DNA of 64,000 bases from Octopus sinensis (GCF_006345805.1 NC_042997.1:33232001-33296000); one strand, 5' to 3'; shown: positions 38,967 to 51,812, counted from the stretch's first letter. The notes: generated by a model not told the origin, from the sequence alone. Translations and numbers: made by a program.

Positions 38967-39563
38967 TATCTACCTACGTGCCATAAATATATGTGGTGGG
39001 TGGAGATTAAACTTTTATTCGATATAGATCTGTTTGTTTCTGTTTGCTATAAATCGAACATTATATGATTTATATACATTTTTCTGTATTGTCTCTACTC
39101 TTTTATACAGATTCCTTTAATACGTCCCAAAAATTCAATACGTGCGCGCGCGCGCATACACACAAACACGTCAATATTTTTCAATAATTTTAGGGCTTCC
39201 TGCTTTTTTCACGAGTGATTTTCAATGGACACCCACAGTAATGCTTGCGAGGACACAAATACATACATTTACATTAATACATATATCATGTGCGATCGCA
39301 CGCACACACAGCACATACACATCACACATACAAACACACACACACACACTCAACCAAATATATGTTGTTGACGTCATCAGAATTTATAAACTTTCAAGAG
39401 ATCGTGGAATAATTTTTCTGCTGGAAATAGTTTTATAAGCTATAGATAATAGCAAGTAAATCCGAAGAAATTGCTTTGGTAGAATGGTAGAACGTCTTTC
39501 ATGTCTACAGGAGTCGTTGGTTCGAGTCTAAAAAGGATTCTCTATCCAATATTTACATGCTAT

Positions 39564-39719
39564 ACTCTTTTACTCTCTTTTACTTGTTTCAGTCATTTGA
39601 CTGCGGCCATGCTGAAGCACCGCCTTTAGTCGAGCAAATCGACCCCGGTACTTATTCTTTGTAAGCCCAATACTTATTCCATCGATCTTTTTTGCCGAAC
39701 CGCTAAGTGACGGGGACGT
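39564..39719 (-). mobile_element. SINE family A, 3' half
   Basis: ctcttttacttgtttcagtcatttgactgcggccatg...cgctaagtgacggggac. Confidence 0.9.
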
Positions 39720-39835
39720 TTCCACAAGCCTTATTCTCTAGTTATATTTCCTACACACACACGTACATATCTATTACAAATAATATATATGTGAATATAT
39801 TATGTATAGACAGGTATACATATACATGTGGGGAA

Positions 39836-40320
39836 GTGGAGGCGCGTGGCCAGTGCAGTGCACACATCATCGTAAGATTGGTGTTTCGATTCCTTGACTA
39901 GGCAATGCGCTGTGTCCTTGAGCAAAACATTTCATTTCACATTGCTCCAGTCTACTCAGCCAGCAAAAAACGAGTAATCCTGTGATGGACTGGTGTCCTG
40001 TCCAGGAGCAATATATACATCTCAGAATCGGGGAAACCGGTTTAATGAACCTAATGGCGGCGAGCTGGGAGAAGCGTTAGCACGCCGGGCGAAATGCTTT
40101 GCGGTATTTCGTCTGCCGTTACGTTGTGAGTTCAAATTCCGCCGAGGTCGACTTTGCCTTTCATCCTTTTGGGGTCGATAAATTAAGCACCAGTTACGCA
40201 CTGGGGTCGATGTAATCGACTTAATACCTATATCTGTCCTTATTTGTCCCCTCTATGTTTAGCCCCTTGTGGGTAATAAAGAAATAGGTTTAATGAACCT
40301 ATGGCTCGGGAAGGACCTTT
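39836..40320 (+). mobile_element. SINE family D copy interrupted by a SINE B insertion
   Basis: ggaggcgcgtggccagtg...gtttcgattcc...ccttgagcaaaacatttc...cctgtgatggactggtgtcctgtccagg; resumes after the TSD at 40302. Confidence 0.75.
40056..40286 (+). mobile_element. SINE family B monomer with 15-bp TSD
   Basis: ggtttaatgaaccta at 40039-40053 and 40287-40301. Confidence 0.95.
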
Positions 40321-40770
40321 GATTTTTTTTCACACACACGCACACAACAATGATGTACTTCTCTTTTTACTGTTTATTTGCAAGTCAGTAGATTTGTTTG
40401 TTAAATTTTGACTGTCTTCAGGAAGAACGCAGAAGTCGTTGACTGAACGCAAGCTACTCATCATTTGGCTGGCTTACCGTAAACCTATCCATTTAGTAAC
40501 GTAGGCACTCGAAATAAGGAAAGTATAACTAAATTTAGAAATTAAAATACATGATGCAGTCAAACGAAAGTGAAAGTAAATCTCCATCTCATCTCATACA
40601 TCTATCTGGATAAGGAAAGTGAAAAATCAAAATATTATATACTGTCGAACGAAAGAAAAAATAAGATCTCAGTTCATTGAGTACATCGATCTGTACTTCT
40701 CAAAATTGGTTTGCTTTCCAATTTGTAAAATAAGGAAAAATAAAACTTAGTTATAAAAGAAGCGGATAAT

Positions 40771-40771
40771 T

Positions 40772-40808
<37 letters not shown>

Positions 40809-41000
40809 TTTCTTCTTTCTTTCTTTCTTTCTTCTTTCTTCTTTCTTTCTTTCTTTCTTTCTTCTTCTTTCTTCCTTCCTTCCTCCTTCCTTCTTCCTTC
40901 TTTCTTTCTTTCTTTCTTTCTTTTCCTTCTTCCTTCCTTCCTTTCTTTCTTTCTTTCTTTCTAACTTTCTTCCTTCCTTCCTTTTTTCTTTCTTTCTTTT

Positions 41001-41041
<41 letters not shown>

Positions 41042-41151
41042 CTCTCTCTTTCTTTCTTTCTTTCTCTCTTTCTTTCTTCCTTCCTTTCTTCCTTCCTTCC
41101 TTCCTTCCTTCCTTCCTTCCTTCCTTCCTTCCTTTCTTTCTTCCTTCCTTT
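40771..41151. repeat. (CTTT)/(CCTT)n polypyrimidine tract
   Basis: Directly visible, ~380 bp of almost pure pyrimidine. Confidence 0.98.
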
Positions 41152-41550
41152 TACCGCTTCTTTAAATGTCTGTATTTTTAAATAAAACCCTGGATTGCAT
41201 GTCGCGTACTTTCACTAATCTTCTCAAAAAGTTTACTCGAATGCTGTTCTTATGTAAGCAAGTAAATGATGGCAACTGATTTGACTGGTTGCCTTATGTG
41301 AACCAGTTTGGGATCACGGCTGAAGTTATTTCATAGCATGACGTCCAGACAGGTGAACGACAATCTTAGATAATAAAATATTTACTCGATGGAAACCATT
41401 CGCGGTTATATCTAAGTTTTGTGTCCACGCGCTTGTTCGGACGTGAGCATGATGTACTCTACATAAAGCTGCCGTTTGAAACACTTTGTAAACACAGAAC
41501 TTATGTAGCCGCATACGACTTCAACCAAAGAAATATAATTATATAGTATA

Positions 41551-41922
41551 CTCTTTTACTCTTTTACTTGTTTCAGTCATTTGACTGCGGGCATGCTGGA
41601 GCACCGCCTTTAGTCGAGCAAATCGACACCGGGACTTATTCTTTGTAAGCCCAGTACTTATTCTATCGGTCTCTTTTGCCGAACCGCTAGGTAACGGGGA
41701 CGTAAACACACCAGTATCGGTTGTCAAGCAATGCTAGGGAGACAAACACAGACACACAAACACATACATATATACGACAGGCTTCTTTCAGTTTCCGTCT
41801 ACCAAATCCACTCACAAGGCATTGGTCGGCCCGGGGTTATAGCAGAAGACACTTGCCCAAGATGCCACGCAGTGGGACTGAACCCGGAACCATGTGGTTG
41901 GTAAGCAAGCTACTTACCACAC
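41551..41922 (-). mobile_element. SINE family A, near full length
   Basis: Reverse complement of the family A body from tail to head. Confidence 0.93.
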
Positions 41923-41972
41923 ATTTAGTATTTTTGACTTGTCTGTTACAAACAAGGTGTGTTCGTACGTAT

Positions 41973-42013
<41 letters not shown>

Positions 42014-42016
<3 letters not shown>

Positions 42017-42229
42017 AGTGATCCAGAAAAGTTCCTGGCTTTGGGTAAAAGGAAACACAGGAGGATCAGTTAATTATGATTTTATCCAAAATATTCCCCT
42101 CTCAGATTCACAAACTTATTGCAGCAGTTTTTCAGCTTTTCTAAAGTCCTGTAAAAGAACTCGAAAGGTTGGGGTCTAACCACGCCTTTCACGATACCCT
42201 TAGAGCCAGGAACTCTTCAGCACCCCTCG
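42014..42229. mobile_element. Mariner-type MITE
   Basis: Imperfect TIRs cgaagtgatccagaaaagttcctggct / agccaggaactcttcagcacccctcg; decayed TA flanks. Confidence 0.75.
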
Positions 42230-42232
42230 CAT

Positions 42233-42642
42233 AGGAGTGGCTGTGTGGTACGTAGCTTGTTTACCAACCACATGGTTCGGGGTTCAGTCCCACTGCATGG
42301 CACATTGGGCAAGTGTCTTCTACTATAGCCTCGGGCCGACCAAAGCCTTGTGAGTGGATTTGGTAGACGGAAACTGAAAGAAGCCCGTCGTATATATGTA
42401 TATATATATATATATATATATGCGTGTGTGTGTTTGTGTGTCTGTGTTTACCCCCTATCATTGCTTGACAACCGATGCTGGTGTGTTTATGTCCCCGTTA
42501 CTTAACGGTTCGGCAATAGAGACCGATAGAATAAGTACTGGGCTTACAAAAGAATAAGACCCGGGGTCGAGTTGCTCGATCAAAGGCTGTGCTCCAGCAT
42601 GGCCGCAGCCAAATGACTGAAACAAGTAAAAGAGTAAAAGAG
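42233..42642 (+). mobile_element. SINE family A, near full length
   Basis: aggagtggctgtgtgg...gtaaaagagtaaaagag. Confidence 0.93.
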
Positions 42643-42708
42643 TATACACATACGTATGTGCGTGCGTGCATGTGTGTATGTGTGTCTAACACACACATAT
42701 ATATATAT

Positions 42709-43590
42709 ATTTCTTTACTACCCACAAGGAGCTAAACGCAGAGGGGACAAACGAGGACAGACAAAGGGATTAAGTCGATTAGATCGACCCCAGTGCGTAA
42801 CTAGTACTTAATTTATCGACCTCGAAAGGATGAAAGGCAAAGTCGACCTCGGCGGAATTTGAACTCGGAACGTAACGACAGACGAAATACGTAACACACA
42901 CATATATATATTTCTTTACTATCCACAAGGGGCTAAACGCAGAGGGGTCAAACAAGGACAGGCAAAGGGATTAAGTCGATTAGATCGACCCCAGTGCGTA
43001 AATGGTACTTTGGTGGAATTTGAACTCAGAACGTAACGGCAGACGAAATACCTATTTCTTTACTACCCACAAGGGGCTAAACACAGAGAGGACAAACGAG
43101 GACAGACAAAGGGATTAAGTCGATTAGATCGACCCCAGTGCGTAACTGGTACTTAATTTATCGACCTCGAAAGGATGAAAGGCAAAGTCGACCTCGGCGG
43201 AATTTGAACTCGGAACGTAACGACAGACGAAATACGTAACACACACAAATATATTTCTTTACTATCCACAAGGGGCTAAACGCAGAGGGGTCAAACAAGG
43301 ACAGGCAAAGGGATTAAGTCGATTAGATCGACCCCAGTGCGTAAATGGTACTTTGGTGGAATTTGAACTCAGAACGTAACGGCAGACGAAATACCTATTT
43401 CTTTACTACCCACAAGAGGCTAATCACAGAGAGGACAAACAAGGACAGACAAAGGGATTAAGTCGATTAGATCGACCCCAGTGCGTAACTGGTACTTAAT
43501 TTATCGACCTCGAAAGGATGAAAGGCAAAGTCGACCTCGGCGGAATTTGAACTCTGAACGTAACGACAGACGAAATACGTAACACACACA
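42709..43590 (-). mobile_element. SINE family B headless higher-order array (A-B-A-B-A)
   Basis: Full units alternate with units lacking ~40-50 bp (aaatggtactttggtggaatttg); period ~342 bp. Confidence 0.93.
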
Positions 43591-44305
43591 CATATATATA
43601 ATTAGGGACTTGTCTTTTGCTCTCAGTTTTAGATACATTTTTTTCCTTCCGCTGAGCAAAGCTGAAACACCAACACGAAAAACAATTGCATTATTTGCAC
43701 GAAGAACAAACATAATAGCAGCTTCAACAACTGTTACAGTTCTGAAGAAAGCGATACCAATAACACAGTGACAAACAACACCACCTTCGAAAGAAATTGC
43801 AATAAAGATGTCTACTTCTACCAAGCGAGTGGCTGAATTCCGTATTACACACGTGACTTGAACTTTTTTTTTTCTTTCTGTTAATCATCTATTCTATTTT
43901 TATTTCGGAGTTAACAATGAGGTTGTAGAGTAGTTTCATCTGTCTTTTCACCAATTCTCTCTCTCTCTCTCTCTCTCCCTCCCTCCTCTCTCTCTCTCTC
44001 TCACTCTATTTCCTCTCTCTCTTTGTCTTTCTGTATGTCTTTTGCATTTTATGTAAACTTGAGAGAGCGAAGGAATATACCTTCATGTAGTGCAAGCACA
44101 CACACATGCACACACACACACACGCACGCACACACACACACAAACAGACGTGTGATGTGTGCATTTACACATAGACACATAAAAATATATGCTCTTAGAT
44201 ACACACACACACAATGTGCATACTTACTCGTATATATGTATATGCATAGAACCACTTTCATACATACGTATCTATGCATTAGCATAATGTGATGATGTGT
44301 GTGTA

Positions 44306-44359
<54 letters not shown>

Positions 44360-44410
44360 AGGGCTAAAGAAAATTATTTCAATGCCAATATACTTCATCC
44401 TATATTAGTA

Positions 44411-44451
<41 letters not shown>

Positions 44452-44533
44452 TATATAATATAATAGCGAGAAAATAAGAGAGAGAAGGGGGAGAAAGAGA
44501 GGGAGAGAGAGAGAAGAAAGAAGAAAAGAAAGA

Positions 44534-44567
<34 letters not shown>

Positions 44568-44962
44568 ATCGTTCGTATGTATATGTATTGATAATATATA
44601 TAAACATGAATATAGATTGCAGCATTAGCTAATATGTAACTTTGTATTGTTCACAAACGCTGTTTTATTGAATTCATCAGAAACTTAAAATGCCTGTCTT
44701 CACATGAATAAACGTCAGGTAATGATTTGGCAGAGATGGCAGAGCTCGAGTCTAATAATTCTTATAATATTTGTTTTCATTTTTCTGTCTTGTCAACGTC
44801 ATTTGAAAGTCGATGAAACAAGTGTCAATAATATACTGTAGTCGATTTAATTGATTGTATATTTCCCGTACTGGTTCTCAGTAAGAATTCAGCTCATATG
44901 CTGAGAGATTGTCTCGTGACGTAGATCAAGAGGTATTTTGACCTAAACATATACATACATGT

Positions 44963-45275
44963 GGAGGCGCAATGGCCCAGTCTTTAAGGCAGCGGATTCG
45001 TGGTCGGAGGATCGCGGTTTTGATTCCCAGACCGGGCGTTGAGTGTGTTTATTGAGCGAAAACACCTAAAAGCTCCACGAGGCTCCGGCAGGGGGTGGTA
45101 GTGACCCCTGTTGTACTCTTTCGCCACAGCTTCCTCTCACTCTCTCTTCCTGTTTCTTGAGTAACGCTGCAATGGACTGACGTCCCATCCAGCTGGGGGG
45201 AACACATACGTCACAGAAACTGGGAAACCGAGCCCATGAGCCTGGCTAGGGTTGAAAAGGGCGACTAAAAAAAAA
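44963..45275 (+). mobile_element. SINE family C, tail type 2 (V-domain-like, A-rich end)
   Basis: Family C head and body, then gtaacgctgcaatggactgacgtcccatccagctgggg...gcgactaaaaaaaaa; atacatacat repeated on both flanks. Confidence 0.88.
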
Positions 45276-45558
45276 TACATACATACCTGCACACACATAC
45301 ACATAATACATTCACACATACATACATATAGAACCTGAGAGTCTGTCTCGCGACTCGAGTTTCACGCCACTGTGATCATCAGCGGCATGAAACTCGTGTC
45401 GTTGGATAATCTTTCAGCTTGCTTCAATTAAAAAAAAACTCCAAATACTCCACAACATATACACACGCACACGCACACAATTAATTGTAAGTGTAATTTA
45501 CATTAAAAATGCAAAACAATAGCCAGCAATTAGAACTCCGTGTGTATTCCTGAATATC

Positions 45559-45807
45559 TATTTCTTTACTACCCACAAGGGGCTAAACTAAAGAGAGGAC
45601 AAACAAGGACAGACAAATGGATTAAGTCGATTATATCAACCCCAGTGCGTAACTGATACTTAATTTATCGACCCCGAAAGGATGAAAGGCAAAGTCGACC
45701 TCAGCGGAATTTGAACTCAGAACATAACGGCAGACGAAATACGGCTACGCATTTCGCCCGGCGTGCTAACGTTTCTGCCAGCTCGACGCCTTTGCCAGCT
45801 CGCCGCC
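45559..45807 (-). mobile_element. SINE family B monomer with duplicated 5' tip
   Basis: ...ttctgccagctcgacgcctttgccagctcgccgcc. Confidence 0.92.
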
Positions 45808-46130
45808 AAAACAAAATCTACGTAGGACTCGTATTCCAGTTCGAGACTTTTGGTCGAACTCTATTGCTGAATAGGTCACAGGGTACATATAAGAAGCAAA
45901 ACAAAGCAGAAGAGTTTGATCATAAAATGTTTAGTTATTTCTATTATGCAAGTTTCATTAACATTGAAAAATTCCAGCTTTTACAAAACCTTACAAGAAT
46001 GCATTATCAATTCTTCAAAGGTTGCGGAACTGGCCTCGATACATTTTAGTATATATTCCGGATTACCAACAAAGTTATAGTATAAACAAAACGCAAGAAA
46101 TGTTGTTGATATGTTACTAACGAGAGATAC
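45808..46130 (+). mobile_element. Possible PLE GIY-YIG endonuclease relic
   Basis: KIYVGLV followed by a frame loosely resembling the PLE GIY-YIG C-terminus; weak. Confidence 0.35.
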
Positions 46131-46281
46131 ACATTCTCTGGAAACTTGACAATGTAATCTACTTCTAAGTTTTCCTTTAACTGATATCTTTTTTTTATTT
46201 TTACGCGCTTAAGATGAAGTAACTAAATATTTTATGAACAAAATCCCCCGTTATATTTTGGTTCCTTATATATGCATATGT

Positions 46282-46586
46282 GGAGGCGCAATGGCCCAGT
46301 GGTTAGGGCAGCAGACTCGCGGCTGTAAGATTGCGGTTTCGATCCCCAAACCGGGCGTTGTGATTGCTTATTGAGTGAAAACACATAAAGCTCCACGAGG
46401 CTCCGGCAGAGGGTGGTGGCGATCTCTGCTGTACTCTTTCGCCACAACTTTCTCTCTTTCTTCTGTTGGCCTGCTCGCTTAGCCAGCGGGGTGGTCTCGT
46501 TTGAAGGCTAAAACAATGGGAAGCGCATTGTGACCAGCGACGTGTAACAACATCTGATAGCTTGGTCGGTCACGGTGATCACGGTG
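46282..46586 (+). mobile_element. SINE family C, tail type 3 with 12-bp TSD
   Basis: Family C head and body, then ttggcctgctcgcttagccagcgg...(cacggtgat)2; atatatgcatat at 46268-46279 and 46587-46598. Confidence 0.9.
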
Positions 46587-46632
46587 ATATATGCATATAT
46601 GTGTGCATATCGTATACGTATATATTTATACA

Positions 46633-46776
46633 CGCGGGCGTATGGTCGAGTGGTTAGATTGTTGCATTCACGATCGCAAGATCATGGGTTCAATTCCTGA
46701 TGCGTTGTGTTCTTGAGGAAAACACTGCATCTCACATCGCTCTGCGATCACTTCGACAGTTGCGGTCTGGTGCACC
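46633..46776 (+). mobile_element. SINE family D-like copy cut by the gap
   Basis: gggcgtatggtcgagtggttag...gggttcaattcc...gttcttgaggaaaacac...ctctgcgatcacttc, shared with 9925-10085. Confidence 0.7.
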
Positions 46777-46876
46777 NNNNNNNNNNNNNNNNNNNNNNNN
46801 NNNNNNNNNNNNNNNNNNNNNNNNNNNNNNNNNNNNNNNNNNNNNNNNNNNNNNNNNNNNNNNNNNNNNNNNNNNN
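46777..46876. other. Assembly gap (100 N)
   Basis: Exactly 100 N, a placeholder of unknown true length. Confidence 1.
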
Positions 46877-48200
46877 TGAGGACACATATCCGTCAAATGT
46901 AGATAATGTACATAATTCCTCATCTCTTAAATATAGAACTATATATATATATATACACACACAGTTCCTGCAGTATTGCTGGTTATGATATATAGAGCAA
47001 ATGTAGTAGAAAGTATAAGCCAACGATACAGTTTATACAATTTATTCCCTACGTACGTTTCACCTTCGTGTGTATTTGCATCCTCTGCTGATCGTGTTCA
47101 AAGAGCAATTGGGTTCCAAATCACAACAGTTCTCTTGGGGAAAACTTTAATGCATCATTTTTACACTTAATACGTTATGTACTATGTTTCCCCGCAAGCA
47201 TTTAATTTGTGTAAACATAATGCTATGAAGTGTTCTGATAAACCGTTGGGGCTCTTCATCCAATTGCACTTTGAACACCCACCCACTGTAAAGAATGCAA
47301 ACAACTACAGTGCATAGTAGTGACATACGTAAGGAAATAATACAAATTGCATCCTTGCAGCTTGTGTTTATCAGACCTTTTCGTACATATATATTCATGT
47401 TTTTTGGCGGGGAGGTGAGGGTTGTCAGGTTATATCTAAAAGTAATTTAATATTAAGCCGAAGGGTTACTTAATACTTTTTAGTGGAGCACATGTTTACA
47501 AGGAGTGAACATTTACAAGGCAAAGGTTGACAATCACTTCGAATTGCGGCAAGCCAAAGCTTTGAAGTCTGTCAACCTTTCAAGCTTTTTACTCTGTAAG
47601 TTACACACACACACACTTAGAGCTCCAGTCATATGGATGTGCATTTATAAATATGCACATATGAGTAATACATACAAAGAGTTACGCATATACAAATATT
47701 CAAGTATGGAAAGAGTTGTTCCTTCAGTTACCCTTATAAAAAATCCATTGGATACTCATATTCTGAGTTCTCCCTCTTCTAGACGAAGTCATACCTAAAA
47801 TTATATATGTATATATACGTGTTTGTTGTGTGTGTGTGTGTATGTACATGTGTCTGTGCTTATGTTTGCATGTAATGCAGAAGACGATCAATTTGAAATA
47901 TGGTTCATAATTTATACTCCACAGCTGTTTCAATGGAATAAAACACCGTTATTTATTTCATCATGTATTTAAAATGCTTAATAAACTTAGAAGTTGAAGT
48001 GTCATCAATATCTTCGAGAGAAAAGAATGAAAAATGTTAATCAGGAAAGTGCAATTCTTTCGTGGTTGCCATTTTCCGAAAATATGGGTGACACATGACT
48101 TATTAATTATGTACTCTTTTGAAACAACTTTAACACAGATTAAATACTTATATGTGAAATGTATGCATTTTCTGCTATTTATTCTAAACATGTTATCAAC

Positions 48201-48204
<4 letters not shown>

Positions 48205-48253
<49 letters not shown>

Positions 48254-48520
48254 ACACACACTCACTCACTCACTCACACACTCACTCACTCACTCACTCA
48301 CTCACTCACTCACTCACTCACTCACTCACGCACGCACGCACTCACTCACTCACTCACTCACTCACTCACTCACGCACTCACTCACTCACTCACTCACGCA
48401 CTCACTCACTCACTCACTCACTCACTCACTCACTCACTCTCACACTCACTCACACACTCACTCACTCACTCACTCACTCACTCACACACTCACTCACTCA
48501 CTCACTCACTCACTCACTCA
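48205..48520. repeat. (CT)n-(CACT)n microsatellite
   Basis: Directly visible. Confidence 0.97.
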
Positions 48521-48627
48521 TGCGCGCGCGCGAAAGATTGTTTCGCAGGATCTACATCGCTATAATAGCGTACTAATGTTTAATGTTATGAACAGAGCTC
48601 TTAATTACTATGGATATATTTGTTAAT

Positions 48628-48994
48628 GTTACGACGACGAGGGTTCCGGTTGATCCGATCAACGGAACAGCCTGCTCGTGAAATTAACGTGTAAGTGGCT
48701 GAGCACTCCACAGACACGTGCACCCTTAACGTAGTTCTCGGGGATATTCAGCATGACACAGAGAGTGACAAGGCCGGCCCTTTGAAATACAGGTACAACA
48801 GAAACAGGAAGTAAGAGTGAGAGAAAGTTGTGGTGAAAGAGTACAGCAGGGATCACCACCATCCCCTGCCGGAGCCTCATGGAGCTTTTAGGTGTTTTCG
48901 CTCAATAAACAGTCACAACGCCCGGTCTGGGAATCGAAACCGCGATCCTACGACCGCGAGTCCGCTGCCCTAACCACTGGGCCATTGCGCCTCC
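48628..48994 (-). mobile_element. SINE family C, tail type 1
   Basis: Reverse complement closely matches 19798-20173, including the gtcgtcgtaac tail. Confidence 0.92.
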
Positions 48995-49618
48995 CCACGC
49001 ACCTTCACACTTGCATCGACTAACTTTCTGAATGACAGTTTTGCAGAACGATTTGCCTAATAAAGCAACGTATATATCATTTCAACCTCTGAGCATAAAG
49101 GATCGTTCTCTTTCGACTGATCAGGAATTTATGAGCATTTAGCTATGTTGTTTGTCGTTGCATACCTTCAACCAAAATGGTCAATCGAAAATCCGGACGG
49201 GTTTTCGTTTGATGAAGCATATTTTTATAGCTTGGAGTAGCTGGGGATAAGGACTGATGGAATTAAACTATTAACGCTCTACTACCGTTCATTATCAATA
49301 ATACATAGAAACACACCTTCAAACACATATACACATTTATATGTATATGTTTATACACTCACACACATAGTATGTGTGTATATGTGTGTGAGTCATTGTT
49401 ATATTTAATTTTTGCTGCATTGATGATTGATTTGTTACTTCACTTGTCCTCATGCATAACAATAGTACGAAGCATATTTTTCTACACAGATTGCAAAGTG
49501 ATATACAACAATGTTTCTCTTAAAATGTTCTCTCATACTGAAAAGTCCCATAGCTTCAGTTTTCTGTTAGTCATTGTTACTTACTTCATGGTCATTGTTG
49601 CTGCTCTTAGTGCTAGTT

Positions 49619-49650
<32 letters not shown>

Positions 49651-49955
49651 GCTGCTATTATTGGTGTTGTTGATAATGATGATGTTCTTGTATTTGTTGC
49701 ACTTGTTCTTCTTTCTCTCCTATTCCTACTCCTCATGTCTGTATTGTGACTAAAATTGATTTATGTTGTATGTGTAAACATTGTTTCATTTTTACAACGT
49801 TCTTCCTTTAATTAACCGAATTCTGGCTATCTTTAATACTTTATCATCGGATTTAATTCACAGATTAACGACGCATCAAAAGATAGCGTGTTGTGTCCAT
49901 ATTTATCTACATGCGTGTGTGTGTGTCTGCATATATATATAATTATATATATTAT

Positions 49956-49992
<37 letters not shown>

Positions 49993-50033
49993 TGTGTGTG
50001 TGTGTGTGTGTGTGTGTATGTATATGTATATAT

Positions 50034-50066
<33 letters not shown>

Positions 50067-50145
50067 GTGTGTGTATATATATAATATGTATATATGAATA
50101 TATATATATTATGCATACATATGTACGTATATATGTACGTATATG

Positions 50146-51357
50146 CAGGGGTTAGACAAAATAATGGAAACACCTAGCATCATAGCATCATAATTTTGAA
50201 ATATCTATAAAACAGTCAAAAGCTTGTTTATTTTTATGTTCTTCGATTTATTATTAGTGTTGCTTAATGTTTTGCTAAAATTGCTGTTTCTTTTCAGGTA
50301 TCATCAGAAAAAGGTAATTAAAATTCATTAAAATGACAGATCTATCGGACTTTCAAAGAGGTCAAATTGTTAGTGCTCGTATAGCAGCCGCTAGCGTAAC
50401 GAAAATAGCCGAAACATTCGATGTGTCAAGAAGTACTGTCGCGAAAGTAATGATAGCCTTTGAGAAAGAGGGAAAAACCTCCTCGTCAAAAAAAAAAAAC
50501 TCCGGAATAAAATTAAAACTTTCAGATAGACCGTCAGACTCTTACACAAATTGTTAGTAAGGATCACAAAAGTAGAGCTCCCAAAATTACTGCAGAGCTT
50601 AGTGACCACCTCGAGAACCCAGTTTCCACAAAAACTGTTCGTCGAGAGCTGCACAAAACCGGAGTTCATGGGATGGCTGCAATTAGAAAACCACTACTTT
50701 CAAAAACAAACCTACAGAATTGGTCCCTAAAGCAGTGGAAGAATATTATTTTCTCTGACGAGTCATCAGTTAACTTATTTCCAACCATCAGCCGAGTATA
50801 CGTGTGGTGACAGCCAAAAGAACTATTTGACCCAGACTGCCTTCTTTCAACTGTTAAATATGGAGGAGGATCTGTGATGATCTGGGGGCTACATCTTGGA
50901 AATCCGCCGGCCCAATGGTTTCTCTTCGTGGCAGCATTAATAGTCAAGACTATTTAAGCATTTTATCTGATCAAATCCATCCTATGATTCCGGAAGGAAA
51001 CGCAATCTTTTAGGATGATAATGCACCAATTCACACAGCTAAATTTGTTACTGAATGGCACGAGGAATATTCTAGGGAAGCTGAACATCTTATCTAGCCA
51101 CCACAGTCCCCAGACTTCAATATTATTGAACATTTATGGTGCATTTCAAAAAAACAAGTAAGGAGTCGATATTATCCCCCATCATCACTACAGGAACTGT
51201 CTTAGCTGAAGAATGGACAAAAATTCCTTAGAAAGCAATTCAAACTTTGTACGAGTCCATACCTCATAGAATCCAAGCTGTAATTACTGCCAAAGCCCAT
51301 ATTTAAGTAAATATGTTTGAAATTTTAAGGTGTTTCCATTGTTTTGTCCCACTCCCG
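50146..51357 (+). mobile_element. Tc1-family DNA transposon, near full length, inactivated transposase 50333-~51295 with DD36E spacing
   Basis: 30-bp imperfect TIRs (caggggttagacaaaataatggaaacacct / aggtgtttccattgttttgtcccactcccg), TA at right; MTDLSDFQRGQIV N-terminus, FSDESS, DDNAPIHTA, PPQSPDFNIIEHLW; stops and frameshifts. Confidence 0.95.
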
Positions 51358-51442
51358 TATTTATGTCTTTGTGTATATATATATATATAATATATATATA
51401 TATGATATATATAGATATATATATATATCGATATATATATAT

Positions 51443-51494
<52 letters not shown>

Positions 51495-51598
51495 TTTAAA
51501 ATTGAGGATAAAATTTTTATAAGAAATTATCAGTAGTTAGCGTGAAAAACCTCGTAAGAGAAAAAATCTGTAAATTTTTCCACTTTGAAAATATTTAT

Positions 51599-51812
51599 TT
51601 ATATTATATAGAGGGTACTACTATTCATAGATACCGCACGCTAGGAGGGACCCTTGCGGTCAAAACTACTAAAATAAACAAAACTACTAAAATAAACAAA
51701 ACTACTAAAATAAATAAAATTGTACAATTTTGTTTATTTTAGTAGTTTTGACCGCAAGGGTCCCTCCTAGCGTGCGGTATCTGTGAATAGTAGTACCCTC
51801 TATATAATATAA
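51599..51812. mobile_element. Foldback/MITE-like ~214-bp palindrome
   Basis: Arms ~85 bp (gagggtactactatt...ggtcaaaactactaaaataaacaaaa) around the centre aaaattgtacaatttt; the left arm has three copies of an 18-bp unit and the right arm one; TATA flanks. Confidence 0.85.

Noticed and set aside
39473-39532. tRNA-like A box and GGTTCGAGTC B box
   Set aside because: No acceptor or anticodon stem pairing; at most a decayed tRNA or SINE head, so it is not called as a tRNA gene.
49123-49240. Short frame ...WSIENPDGFSFDEAYFYSLE* after a cag, loosely like a K+ channel pore helix
   Set aside because: It lacks the TxGYG/GFG filter and a donor site; the resemblance is superficial.
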